From Heptranchias perlo (lineage: Eukaryota), in the NCBI RefSeq assembly GCF_035084215.1, contig NC_090340.1, forward strand, positions 24,118,001 to 24,182,000: DNA of 64,000 nucleotides, given 5' to 3'. This document shows, in pieces, positions 39,637 through 52,756 of the stretch (within the stretch, counting starts at the first letter, position 1; the number at the start of each line of letters is the position of its first letter). The position numbers were made by a program, and so were the translations under genes. The notes beneath the pieces were generated by a model that made no database searches, was not told where the DNA came from, and worked only from the letters and a program-made list of their open reading frames with translations.

Positions 39637-39865
39637 TGTCTGGCAGGTCTACAGGAGGGCTGAGTGCCCCGAGGTTCAAAGATACAGCAGTGGAAGTATT
39701 GTTGGAGCAAGTGAGGCAGAGGTAGGAAACCCTCATTGGCACAGAGCACCGGTAGGGCTCCACAGAGGACTGCCCACAGCCAATGGAAGGAGATGATTAG
39801 AGCACTGAGTACCAATGCAACCCATGGGTCAGGCAGTGCAGGAAAAACCTTAATGCCAGGTCAGG
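39637..39865 (+). pseudogene. Degraded Harbinger Myb/SANT exon relic
   Basis: Reads SAPRFKDTAVEVLLEQVRQR*, followed by a frameshifted cagtgcaggaaaaaccttaat (QCRKNLN). Confidence 0.6.
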
Positions 39866-42014
39866 CAAAAAAGCCAGATATATTTTCCAAGAATGCACTG
39901 TACTAAGTGGGTCAGTCAGTTACACTGACCTCCTGTTTTAATTGCTTACCTTCAATGCCCATGGAGTAGCATGGCACCCTTATCACCCCCAGCCTTCACC
40001 GAGAGTGTTCCTTCACTCACATCCTTACATACATTTCCTCTTTCATGGAATGTAACGGCTTATTGTGTATATCTGTGATCACCAAGTATGGGCTGCAAGC
40101 TGACACTTGGGTTTTACCGCATGTCATATTAACAAGAGGCCATTCTCGCTTTTTACATTCTTTTCCAAGGACAAAACGGCCTACAACAGCTGAGAGAGGT
40201 TTGAAAACCTCGAGCTGTCACCCTTTGTGCTTTACTAATTCCCTTTCTCCTTGTCTCACTGATGCAGTCTTCGCCCTTGCTCATTCCCTCCTTCTGCCTT
40301 TCTCCCATCCCTTCACTGTCTCTCCCTCACTTCCTTTCTTCCTCTTTATCATTCCCTCTCTCTCCCACTCCCCTTTGTCTCATTCTCAATTAATTTGCAT
40401 TATGATCATCAGTGGTACAAAAACAGTAAATTCACAAAATAGGACTGTGTGCCCCTTCCACTTCACTGATATTTAGTTGACGCTCGTGTCTCTAATTTTT
40501 TTTCAGGTGGGGTAGAGGTACAAAATAAAATTATTCTTAAGGTGGTTCATCAAGGAAATTGGTGAAAGATCCAACTACTAAACCAAACTTTTATCCTCAC
40601 TGATGAATAATATTGGGCCTAATATTTTCATCATCACATTTAAATGGATGTTAAAATCTGGAATGACTGTATTGTCAAGATTTAAATCCAATCTGCTTTA
40701 AAATACTTGCACGAGAAATTTTAATATTAATGTCCACAGCGCTGTGCTCTATAGGGATTAACATAATCTGATTAAAGCAATCTTTTTGGTTTGCAGCACG
40801 TTTCAAAATGTACATAAGATTGTCCGATTTACTCTGTAGTAAAGGAACTGAATCATTCTCAACATTTAATGATGCAGCTGAATCTCAAATGTATTCAAAT
40901 TCAGGACAAACTGAACCTGAAGCTATGGTATAAAGGCTGGAGTACATCTCTTTGAATTCTTTGATTAAGTACCCTACCCATGCACTTGGCCCTTTTGTGC
41001 CTGATCGTGTTCTTTGTTATTGGGACCTCTCTCACATCAAGCCTGACTTCCTAGGCAAAGCATTCAAAGAGCCGCATTTCAACCACAGAAGGGCCAAACG
41101 TGGCTTGGAGCTACCAATTGGCCACCTCAGTTAATGTAAGGTCCCGGACTCAAAAATTGAATTAACTATATTCAGATGTTGGGGGCCAAAGTTTGAAACC
41201 TGACTATACCAGGAATTCTTCTAAATAAATGCAATAGAGTGTGGTGTTGGGGGTGGGGGGAAGCTCTGATACAGATAAATTGAATCACTGGACAATTACA
41301 GTGTGCATTGTAAGAAAGGCCAGTCCAGAACATTTTAAAACTTACCTCTGTAAAATGTACTAAATAAAGCGTCAAAAATTTTCACGGGGGTGAGGGGTGA
41401 ATGGAATGCCTTCAAGCCCCCAAAGAAAATAAATCTTGCACTTTCAGTGCTTGCACTGTGTTTCAAAATTGTCTAAATCCACCACTACTAGCTGGTTACT
41501 TTTAATAACACCAACTTGCATTTATATAGCAATTTATGTAGAAAAACATACTTATAGTTGGCCACCAGTTAAGATGAGTTGATGGCCTGATTGGCTACCA
41601 AGGAAGGTGAAAAAAACATTCTCCTGATTTCACTACACACTCGTTTTACACACAAGCTGTTCCTTCATTTCATTTTTCTCTCCCTCCTGTAAGTTCCTTT
41701 ATATCACAATTATTCAATAGTTAACAGTGGGCTGGTGACCTGCTCCCAGGCCTCGGTCAGTGCCGTCCTGTACCCAGGTCACAAAAAGTTCCAGGTTAGA
41801 TCCCTGGTCTGGGCTGAGTTAACCACCCATCCCCCCACCCCAAAATCAGGTGCCTAACAATACTATTTGGAAGGTCTAGAGCTCTGTGTGTACCTGAGGC
41901 ACCGAACGTAACAGAATGTCTTGCTGTCAAATGTCAACTTTTCCCTTACTGTGCTTGTACAGATTTCCAGTTTGCAGCACACATGTATGGAGCTCTACAC
42001 AAACCAAATGGTAA

Positions 42015-42432
42015 AGAAAGAATTTGCATTCATATAGTGCCTTATCATGTCTCTGAGTTGTTCCCAAAGTGCTTTGAAGTGCAGTTGCTGTCATTTCCTA
42101 GGTGAACGCAGCAGCTATTTTGCACACAGCTGGATGCCATAAAAAGCAATGAGAGCAATTACCAGTTATTTGTTTCTAATGTTGGTTAATGTTGGCTAGG
42201 ATGCTAGGAGAACTTCCTGCTCTTCTTCAAATAGTGCCATGGGAACTTGAACAGATACATGAACCATCGGGACAAGGAGAGGAGGCTTCTGTTTGATGTT
42301 CTCTGAACCTTGAATGCACTCACTCAGTACTGCACTGAAGTGTTAACCTAGATTATGTTCTCAAGACTTGGGGTAGGGTTTGAACCCACAACCTTCTAAC
42401 TTAGAGGTGAGAGTGTGGCCAACTGAGTCAAG
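42015..42432 (-). mobile_element. DeuSINE (SacSINE1-like), degraded
   Basis: A box gactcagttgg and B box ggttcaaacc on the minus strand, a Deu-like core and an L2-like tail. Confidence 0.65.
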
Positions 42433-43332
42433 ATAACGTAAGCTGGCATGAATGTGAGTTACACAGTGTGCATTATATATTTCCAAGCTACTATATGTGC
42501 TTTTGATTTAATTAAATTCCTGTGCTCCATATAATTTCTTCAAAGGCACATATTCATGCTACCAAAGACACATTCATCCAGGTTTCCCATGCAGTTCCAC
42601 ACTCCTGTCACTGTTACTACTTTTGTGTGATTGGTTGAGAGGAAATCTGCCTTTAACCTCTATTTTGGTTTCATGCCTATCTTTGCTTTTCAACCCCACC
42701 ATGAGGTGCTAAACCTTGCTGAGATGCTGTTCCACAGACACCGACAGCTCTCCAATACCTCACTTGACTGACTCTTGCTGTTCACGAGCATCGCAAATTA
42801 TTTAACTGTCATAGCCAAGGAAAATCCTGTCCTCACCAGATGTCTGACACACGTGCACCTTTCAGCAGGATTCATTGAATAGCAGTCAGGAACGAGAACC
42901 CTGGCTAATATTTCCTCCCTAGCCCAGAGGCATTGTGGTGTCCCAACTACCCTTATCTGAGATCAGCTAATTCAACCCAGACCAGGGATTGAACATGGGA
43001 CCTTCTGGTCTGTATATCTCTAGCATCATAGCACATTTACCCACTAAGCCAGCCGGGCAACTACTTTTATTTTTATGTATTGAATCAACTATAGGTTCGA
43101 GCTGTGTGGCATTCTTTGAATGAAAAATACATTAAATTAATGTAATTTGAACACAATGTAAAAACAATCGACCTTAACCGACAGAGAGAGGGAACATTCA
43201 AAGACAACCAAACAGCAGCCAAACTTCATGCCTGTATCCAGAGCTCATCGTGTTCTTGTCTCTCCGGTGAAGGGATCAATGTTGGGAGCTGACCTGGAGA
43301 TTACGGTAGGGTGAGTTCACTTTTTTTCTGTG

Positions 43333-43612
43333 CTACATGTTGACCACCAGCACAGCGATCGAGAGGACAGGGGTGGTGAGTCCGCACCACAGCGAGCGAG
43401 CGGAGCCCCTCAGGCTCTCCTTGTTCGATTCGCTTCTGTCTGAGTTTTCCATGGTGCCAGACGGCCTGACTCTTGAACTGCACAGCTCGTGCAAGTTACC
43501 TTGGAACTGCAACTTTTTGGACTCCTTCCTCAGCGACTCCCAGATGGACGCAGCATCCTCTGGGCAACCTTCCAGAACCGAGTCTGCACACACGTGAAAG
43601 TCATCCCAGGAC
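43333..43612 (-). CDS. NRN1L: Neuritin-like protein, last coding exon (three Cys plus hydrophobic GPI-signal-like tail)
   Basis: Reads ccccag|G TCC TGG GAT GAC and translates SWDDFHVCADSVLEGCPEDAASIWESLRKESKKLQFQGNLHELCSSRVRPSGTMENSDRSESNKESLRGSARSLWCGLTTPVLSIAVLVVNM*. The first G completes the Arg codon from exon 2. SWxDFHxCA..VL.GCPE.AA.WESL and the ESNKESLR extension favour NRN1L over NRN1. Confidence 0.9.
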
Positions 43613-43919
43613 CTGGGGACAGAAACACGGGACAGAATAACTTGATCTGCTCAGAGGTAGACATGCAAGATGAAGGCTCTGTAGCAACTAATTCCGGAAT
43701 TGTCTGGAATAGTTAATAATAAACAGGTCAGGCACAACATCACCTTTGGGCACCATCATTGATTCGTCAACTTTTCCGAAAGGCCCACCATTTACTGGTG
43801 CTCCAAGCAATGTCACGTTGACATCAATCTACAGTACCCAACCAGACCCAACAATGAGCACATTACAAGTTGGAAGAGCAAGGTAGAGTAGGCATGCAGT
43901 GCGCCATCATAGGAAGAGT

Positions 43920-44300
43920 ACAACAACAACTTGCATTTATATAGCACCTTTATCGCTTTCACAGGAGCGTTATCAAATAAAATTTGACACCAAGCCACAT
44001 AAGGAGATATTAGGACAGGTGATCAAAAGCTGGGTCATGAGATAGGTTTTAAGGAGCCTTAAAGGAGGGGAGAGAGAGAGATAGCGAGATGGAGAGGTTT
44101 ATGGAGGTAATTTCAGAGTTTAGGGCGTAGGCAGCTGAAGGCACGGCCGCCAATGGTAGAGCGATTAAAATCAGGGATGCAAAAAAGGCCAGAATTGGAG
44201 GAGCACAGAGTTCTCAGAGGCTTATAGGGATGGAGGAAATTACAGAGATAGGGAGGGGCAAGTCCATGAGGGATTTGAACACAAGGATGAGAATTTTAGT
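43920..44300 (-). mobile_element. L2 LINE 3' fragment
   Basis: (caa)n-cttgcatttatatagc tail and a body homologous to 45228-45630. Confidence 0.8.
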
Positions 44301-45227
44301 ACTGTAAACACATAGTCACCCTTCAGAGATCTCTCTAGTACTTGATACTCATGGGGCTCAGGAGCGATTCCGCACAGGTTTATCTACACAGCTTTGCCTG
44401 TGGGTGACTGCTTAGGCAGAATCCGCCACAGGGAAGACCGTACGTGGTGAATGGAACGAACAGATTTGAGGGGAGGTACAGCTTTTTCTTGAGTGTCTTT
44501 TTTTTCAAATGTTATTTTTCCAGTCTATTTTCAAGGTGGACAACCTTGAGCTACTTTCCCATATGTTTAAACACAGTGATGATTTTGTGTCAATATTTGT
44601 GTGCATTCCCATGCTCACTGGGAAATGTCATCCTTGGGCTCTCCAAGTGCCTCGATGCAGACATACTCTACGTGTCCTTTTCCAAACCAGTACTCTATGT
44701 GAATGCTGCAGTCCACAATTGAAAGGAGACATCGATAGTAATATACGAAAAATGACGGATAGGAAAAGACCTACTGCTCCATCCAGCCTGCCCCATACAG
44801 TTGTGATGTACATCACAAAACATACATTCTCCACCACATCCGGAGCCATGTCATCTCCTGGGAGAGGCGAAAAACCAGATAAAAACCCAGGCCAATTAAG
44901 GGGGAAAAATCTGGAAAGTTCCTATCCGACTTCCTTAGGTGAAACTAACCCCGGAGACCACTCTGGCCTTGATCAACGTCACTAGGTACCTGCCTCCTAC
45001 TGCATGGACTGTGTGGAGGCTGTGCAGTTCTGCAGAGCTGAAACCCATGAAGATTATCCTCTAAAACCAATGTAAAACACTATAAAATTCCACGGGGTTC
45101 CTCTGAGTTCAAGGGTGACAGGCCGGTTGTGCAGTCTATGAACGACGTGCAGCCTAGTCTTCAGAGAATACTTAGTCAAAGCAAACATTTGAAACACTGT
45201 GGGATTTCTGAACGTGGTACACAAATA

Positions 45228-46110
45228 TAACAACAACAACTTGCATTTATATAGCGCCTTTAACATAGTAAAATATCCTAAGGCGCATCACAGGAGCGAT
45301 TATCAAACTAAATTTGACAGCGAGCCACATAAGGAGATATTGGGGCAGGTAACCAAAAGCTTGGTCCATGAGGTAGGTTTTAAGAAGCGTCTTAAAGGAG
45401 GTGGGAGAGGTAGAGAGGTGGAGAGGTTTAGGGAGGAAATTCCAGAGCCTAAGGCCTAGGCAGCTGAAGGCATGGCCTCCAATAGTGGAGTGATTAAAAT
45501 CATCGATGCACAAGAGGCAAGAATTGGAGGAGAGCAAAGATCCTGGAGAGTTGTAGGGCTGGAGGAGGTTACAGACATACGGAGGGATGAGGCCATGGAG
45601 GGACTTGAAAACAAGGATGAGAATTTTAAAATCGAGGCGTTCCTGGACCGGGAGCCAATTTTGGTCAGTGAGCCCGGGGTAATGGGAAAACAGGACTTGG
45701 TGCGATTTAGGATACAGGCAGCAGAGTTTTGGATGAGCTCAAGTTTATAGAGGGTGGAAGGTGGGAGGCTAGCCAGGAGAGCATTGGAATAGTCAAGTCT
45801 CGAGGTAACAAAGGCATGGATGAGGGTTTCAGCAGCAGATGAGCTGAGGCAGGGGCGGAGATGGGCGATCTTACGGAGGTGGAAGTAGGCGGTCTTGGTG
45901 ATGGAGCGGATATGTGGTTGGAAGCTCATCTCAGGGTCAAATAGGACGCCAAGGTTGAAAACGGTCTGTTTCAGCCTCAGACAGTGGCCAGGGAGTGGGA
46001 TGGAGGCGGTAGCTAGGGAACAGAGTTTGTGGCGGAGACCGAAGATAATGGCTTCGGTCTTCCCAATATTTAGTTGGAGGAAATTTTTGCTCATCTCAGG
46101 CAAGCAATGT
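45228..46110 (-). mobile_element. L2 LINE 3' fragment
   Basis: MSKNFLQLNIGKTEAIIFG, NLGVLFDPEMSF and LIHAFVTSRLDYSNALL are diagnostic of the L2 clade; (ttg)n tail. Confidence 0.9.
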
Positions 46111-46280
46111 GACAAATCACTGTGTAGCCCTCCAAAGAGTAAAACTGCATTCTCACTGTTGAAATCCCGACTCATCACGTTGTCTTCTCTAACTCATTCT
46201 TTTCTAACTTTCCTAACCTCCTAACTGTGGAACTCTTCACCTCTCCCAGTAATCCCTTCCTAATCAATTCAGAAACGTAG

Positions 46281-46467
46281 GGGGTAGATTTTCAACTTGC
46301 CAGTCGGAGCGTAAAACCAGTGTTGCGGGTCGGGGGCTCATTATAGAAGCCATCCCTTATTCTTCTCCTTTGGAATCAATGGGAAGGAAAGTCAGACTAT
46401 TTCTATAATGGGTGCCTGACCCGCAATGCCAACTTTAAGCCCAGCTGGCAAGTTGAAAATCTACCCA
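46281..46467. mobile_element. Palindromic MITE (related copies at 56713-56897 and probably 10223-10372)
   Basis: TIR ggggtagattttcaacttgccag / ctggcaagttgaaaatctaccc; the whole element is imperfectly self-complementary; flanks are tag / cag. Confidence 0.8.
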
Positions 46468-46479
46468 CAGACAGTTAAT

Positions 46480-46660
46480 TGATGCTAGCTCAATAGCTAA
46501 ATTTAAATCTGAGATAGATAGCTTTTTGCCAACCAAAGGTATTAAGGGATATGGGCCAAAGGCAGGTATATGGAGTTAGATCACAGATCAGCCAGGATCT
46601 TATCAAATGGCGGAGCGGGCTCGAGGGGCTGAATGGCCTACCCCTGTTCCTATGTTCCAG
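46480..46660 (+). mobile_element. CR1 3' tail fragment
   Basis: Near-identical to 3375-3555. Confidence 0.85.
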
Positions 46661-49044
46661 TTGTTAAAGAGACTATAGGCAAGGTTCCCCTAGTTGAGTT
46701 ACACTGGATTTCTGGTGTTACACAGCAGGCAGGGCAGAACGTTGAGCGATAAGCCATAACACCAGGTCCTTGTTCATTTCAGCACCTGACCAATCTTTTG
46801 TCATCACTTCCTCTGGACACCAACAGTGCCCGCTTAAATATGGCCGTGGGTATTCAACTAAGACAGTAATAATAGTGATGCCATGGGTCACATTTTCCGT
46901 CATCACCACTTTAGCAATGCTGAATGCTAGTCACACCATCATTTTATTGGTGTTCAGCGTTGCAGGGGCGGAGAGGGTTTAAAATTTAAATCAATGGGCT
47001 CTTCCCCCATCATCAGTTTCTGCAGGGGACCATTGATTTCTATGGAGAAGAATAAGGGATGGCTTCTGTAATGAGCCCCCGATCCGCAACATTGGTTTTA
47101 CGCTCCGACTGGCAAGTTGAAAATCTACCCCCTATGTTTCTGCCGGTCCAGGGGGCCCTTTGAGCCGCTGACAGCACCAGAGTACAGCAGCAGCGGTGAG
47201 TTTCCACCACGCCCTCATGTGACAGGCTCCCTGCGCCATCAGAAACCCTGGTAAGAGCCTTGCCAAAATAATTTGTAATAGAGGAAATCCGCTGGGGGTC
47301 AACAGTTGGACAGTCAGGGGGGGCGGAAAGCCCACCCTACCAACACTGCGGCAGCTATCCCGCCAAAGAGGAAAACCCCGGCTCATGGGTGCATCTGGTC
47401 CACCTTCCTGCTGCCCTGCCAGTGGTACAGTCGTTACTGCTTATAACGGGCGCCTTAGCGTTAACATGATTTGTCTGCTTTAGGCGGTGGACGATAAAAT
47501 GAGTAGCGGGAAGCCAGGAGGCAGGAGTCCGACTTTGCGGGACTGTAGCACAGACCTTTTATCCGTCCAAGCGGGGGAGTACCAAAGTGGCACAGCAAGA
47601 AGGGAAAGCGGGAGGAGAAGAAAAAAAATGAACTCTCGAGCAGCTGACGAAAAATGGACGAGGGACAAAAACCTGCGGTTACTGAAGCAGGAAAATCTGT
47701 TAAAAGGAAGATCCCATGACAGTCTGCCCGAAATAGTCAGCGGATTATTATGTTATAAGCAGTGTCTTTGAACTTGACGCCTATGGTAATGGCAAATGGT
47801 TAGCGCCATCTGCCCGATATAGGCGGCTGCCCATGCTAAGTATGGATGGTCTAAGTGGTGGGGACTGCGCTTGATAATGTGCTTCTCTTTCAGATACTTG
47901 TCCAACCATCCCTTCAAATGATTGAAACTACTTATCCCTCTAACCTTCTGAATTATTAAATGAATTCAAAATATGGATTGTTTAAAATTTAGCAAGTAAT
48001 CAACTTAATTTTTAAATGCTGATAGTTAGTTAGCTAATTATAGAAAGCAGCCAGAAATGTAATTATTAAACGTATTGAATTATAAATTGTGAAATCGGTA
48101 AGGTAATTAATTTAATGAGTAATTTTATTACTAAATATACTGAACAAGCTTTGCGAATTATAAGATTTAGGCAGTAATTTAGCGAGTAGCTAAATTATAA
48201 AACTGAGTTTGGGATTAGAAACTGGGGAAAAAAATAGCAGGTGAAAAATGAATGTATTTTGGACGTGACTTTAATTAGAAAATTGAATAAGTAACTTATT
48301 GGGTTAGTAAGTTAATTATAAAATGGAGGGCAACAGTTCACTGGGCATCACTGGTTGCAGACTGTGAGAGATGTCTTGTAATTTAATGACGAAGTGCAGA
48401 TCTGTAGCTGGGAAGTGGAAATGATTTGGAGCTGATTGGGAGGCAGGGTGCAGTGGAGAGCCTGTTTCTGCAGAATGAGACACAGAGAGCTTGCTGCACA
48501 ACTGAAATGACTTGCAAAATATCAACCCCAGTACATTTTTTTTTGCTATTAAGATTTTGCAAGCTGTAAATCGCAACAATTTTCTTTTTCTTTTTAAAAC
48601 ATTTAGTAAAATACAAGAAAGGACAGCAGCTACTACCAGCTCCCCATGGACTGAACTGTCCCAGTAATTTGATTTTGAAATATTATAAGGTTATTGAGGT
48701 GACAGATATAGATAGCAAGATCACAGGGTTAGAGGGGGAAAAGAAAAGGAAGAATCGTTTTGTCTTTCTGTTTATTGGTAGGAGGAATGCGTAGCTGTCA
48801 ATTTGGAGCCAGCTAAAGCCTCAGCGGGGGAAAAGATCTGTGAGGACATTAATATTAATGAGAACCAGCCTTGGGATGCACAGGCAAGGACTCGGCTGAG
48901 TCACTGTGGTTGGTGCAGGAACAGCAGTGGCCTGGCTGCGGGCTGTCACTGTGGGATCTCCCTGCTCTTTAGCCCCGGGGAATAAGAGGATGAGGTAAAA
49001 TGATGAAATAAAACAGCGGGCAGGTAGCATTCACCGACACAAAA

Positions 49045-49735
49045 GGAAGACTTGCATTTATACAGCGCCTTTCATGACCTCGGGACGTCCCAAAGCGCTT
49101 TACGGCAAATGAAAGAATTTTGACATTAAGGGGGTGATTTTAACCCCCAAGACAGGGTGGGTTGAGGGTGGGTGGGAGTTGAAAATAGTTGCATTTTGGG
49201 TCATGACCGCAACCCGGCTTTATTTCTGGGTTTAATGTCGGCGCGTAAAAGTACAGGCTTCCCACTGGGGATGCAAAGTCCGAACATTTTGCGGTTGCGA
49301 CCCAAAATAAAAACTATTTTCAACTCCCACCCGCCCCCAACCCGCCCGTTCTTAGGGTTTAAAGTCTCCCCCACATCACCGTCAGAATGTAAGAACCACA
49401 GCAAGGTCCCACAAACAGCAATAAGATAAATGACCAGATTATCTGTTTTAATGATGTTGGTTGAGGGATAAATATTGGCCAGGACATTGTGGAGAACTCC
49501 CCTGCTCTTTTTCAAAATAGTACCATGGGATCTTTTACGTCCACCTGAGAGGGCAGACAGGGGCCTCAGTTAACGTCTCATCCGAAAGAGAGCACCTCTG
49601 ACAGGGCAGCACTCCCTCAATACTCCACTGGAATGTCAGATTAGATTTTGTGCCCAAGTCTCTGGAACGGGACTCTGAACCCACAACCTTCGGGCTCAGA
49701 GGTGAGACTGTTACCAACTGAGCCACAGCTGACAC
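49045..49735 (-). mobile_element. DeuSINE (SacSINE1-like) with a MITE inserted in its tail
   Basis: tRNA-like head (tggctcagttgg, ggttcagagtcc), Deu core tttcggatgagacgttaac...ggacgtaaaagatcccatgg...gagcagggg and an L2-derived 3' tail. Confidence 0.8.
49130..49372. mobile_element. MITE with ~55-bp imperfect TIRs
   Basis: gggggtgattttaacccc..gggtgggagttgaaaatagtt / aactattttcaactcccacccgcc..gggtttaaagtctccccc. Confidence 0.8.
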
Positions 49736-49962
49736 CTAATGGGAATTGCTGAATGGCACCGGTCCTTTCCACCTGCAGTGGTCGAGCTGTCATCTCTCCT
49801 GAAGCCCCGGTGGTTGGGGACATTGAGGAGAGAGATGCACCACGGAAGAACGGAGAGATGAAGTGTTACCTGGCGCCATGGGCCCACTGACCTGCTTCTG
49901 TGGGGTCATTTCTATGATTTGTGGCAGCTGAGAAGTGGATGAAGAGCTCAGAAGGCCAGCAG

Positions 49963-50785
49963 CTAGTGAGGGAAAGGCACTGGTGGGGGGTGTCTAGCAC
50001 CTAGTGAGGGAAAGGCACTGGTGGGGGGTGTCTAGCACCTAGTGAGGGAAAGGCACTGGGTGGGGGGGTCTAGCACTTAGTGAGGGAAAGGCACTGGGTG
50101 GGGGGGTGTTCTAGCACCTAGTGAGGGAAAGGCACTGGGTGGGGGGGTGTTCTAGCACCTAGTGAGGGAAAGGCACTGGGTGGGGGGGTGTTCTAGCACC
50201 TAGTGAGGAAAAGGCACTGGGTGGGGGGGGTCTAGCACCTAGTGAGGGAAAGGCACTGGGTGGGGGGGGTCTAGCACCGAGTGAGGGAAAGGCACTGGGT
50301 GGGGGGGTGTTCTAGCACCTAGTGAGGAAAAGGCACTGGGTGGGGGGGGTCTAGCACCGAGTGAGGGAAAGGCACTGGGTGGGGGGGTGTTCTAGCACCT
50401 AGTGAGGGAAAGGCACTGGGTGGGGGGGTGTTCTAGCACCTAGTAAGGTAAAGGCACTGGTGGGGGGGGGGGGCGCTAGTGCCTAGTGAGGAAATGGAAT
50501 TGGATGGGAGGGGATCTAGCACCTAGTGAGAGAAAGGCACTGGGTGGGGGGTTGTTCTAGCACCTAGTGAGGGAAAGGCACTGGGGGGGAGGGGTCTAGC
50601 ACCTAGTGAGGGAAAGGCACTGGGTGGGGGGTTGTTCTAGCACCTAGTGAGGGAAAGGCACTGGGGGGGAGGGGTCTAGCACCTAGTGAGGGAAAGGCAC
50701 TGGGGGGGAGGGGTCTGGTGCCTAGTGAGGGAAAGGCACGGGGAGGAGGGGTCTAGTCACATGAGGGAGGCACTGGGAGGGTTTG
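49963..50785. repeat. G-rich 38-41 bp minisatellite, about 20 copies
   Basis: Unit ctagtgagggaaaggcactgggtgggggggtgttctagcac with a variable G-run length. Confidence 0.95.
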
Positions 50786-52756
50786 CCTACACCGTTTCTG
50801 CACGGTAAGTATGCCAGAAACAGCGAGGAAATATTGTTCTGCTGCCAGTTCAGACCAGCATTCACATTCCACATCTTGTTTAAGATTAGTTCACCTTTAT
50901 TGATTGGCTCGTCTACAGCTGACAACCCCAGTAAGCTGAATTTCTGCACTTTCAAATCTTGCAAATGCAGCTCAGTCACAGCAAAGGTCAGTTTAGGGTC
51001 ACAGCTTTTGCCCAAGGTGACATATAAGGAGCAATCTGCACTCCCAGCAGCGTGGGTCAGATAATCAGGGTCACACTGTTATAGCTGCATCTCCTTCCAA
51101 GCTCCCTTCAAGTGAGGCTCCCAGCACAAAATTACCCACAAAAGTAGTCTCCAAATTCTAAATAATTCTTTGCACGTGGCAGAAGTTTTTTGGACGTCTG
51201 GTACACCGCGAAGGTCAGATTGCTGTGAGTGAATGGCACAATTTCTGTATGCTGCGTTTCTCAGTCAGTTAATGGTGATTGTTTACACTGTGTTCAAATT
51301 ACATCGATTTAACGTGCATTTCATTCACAGTTTGATTCAGAATTCAGCATTCACAATTGATTCGGTACAGAAAAATAAAAATAGCTACCCTGCTGCTTTA
51401 GTGGGTAAGAGCACTGGCTTAGATTTTCCCACTAGGCAAAAGCACCTGCCCAAACTTTATTGTGCTGACCAGTCGTCTACTTCTGGGTCATTCTCGTAAT
51501 GTGGGTGGGGCCTCAATGTAGAAAACACCAGCGATTGGTGGGTGATAAATCAGGTGGTGTGTAAATCGAGCCGTCAATCCATAACTGCCCGGCAGTGAAA
51601 ATGAAAACGCACCCTGTTCTTTCAATAACATCCTTCAACCCAAAATAATCCTTCCAGTTAATGTGGCTACATGATGAACGACAGCCACACTGGCCTACAT
51701 CCTGACACTTGGATATCACTGTATGTTATCTTGACAATAGGAATCTTCCACTTACTGTACTCCGGTAGTAGAGACAACCCAAAACAAAAGGGAAAAAGCA
51801 AGATCAATATTTAGCCTTATCGAGCAAAGCAGCCCGACAGCTGATAATTGGCATCACATTGAAAGTAGCTGTTGTTGCTTACGAGCGGCTCCAAGTACAA
51901 AAGCTTTTACAACAGCATATAACATGCAGCCAGCCTGTCCACAGCACTAACCCGTCTCCCCATCAAGTTTATGCGGTCTTTCCAAATCTTTTTATCCTGC
52001 AATGTTTTGGCCCTCATGTCTTAAACCACCATCACTGGAGGAACCCAAATCCACAAGCCTTCCAGAGTGTCTAGCTATGTCTGGATCTCCAGGAAAGGTT
52101 TCGGTAACATGCCTGAGTTAACCAACAGCAAACCCTGTTTGGTTGTGGTTATCAGGTATTGGACTATCTTATGCCACAATAAGATTCTTATTCAGTCTTC
52201 GAAAGCAGGCGGAGACTCACAATCGACCTTGTTTAAAGAATAAAACATGAACCAAATTTATCAAAGAAGAGACAAATAATCTAACAGTGATACATTTACT
52301 GTAAGACTTCAATGTAAAACAACAAATAGATCACAATTCTAAGCACACTAATCCCCTTTACTTAAGACCTATACCTGACTCCTCTAGTCCACAGTAATTC
52401 ATAACTATCATAAATTCTTTCAGCTGAAATCTCACACAGCGGCTGCCAAACCTAAGAGATTTTTTTAAACTCTATTTTCATGAGTGACAGTAGGTTCTCT
52501 TGTGTTTCCTAAAGAGAGGCCAACCACTAACTGTCAACTGCTGTTATAGAACGTTCTCTTGATCTTTTTATACCAAGAAGTGAATGGGCTGGAGATTCTT
52601 GGTGATTTGAATAGCTGCCTCTGAGATTTAACCAGGAAGTACTGTGTGCCATCGGACTGAGCCACACTGACCAAAAGACCACAGCTTCAATGCATGGTTT
52701 GGGTTGAGTTAGCTTATCTCAGCCAGGGCACCTTAGGCTCAGGAAAAATCAGCCTG

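Noticed and set aside
49660-49735. tRNA gene
   Set aside because: The A/B boxes belong to a DeuSINE head that continues into the Deu core; there is no intact cloverleaf.
51513-51719. Cys-containing 68-aa minus-strand ORF as an extra exon
   Set aside because: No recognisable family similarity or convincing splice pair, and NRN1L exons 2 and 3 already join in frame.
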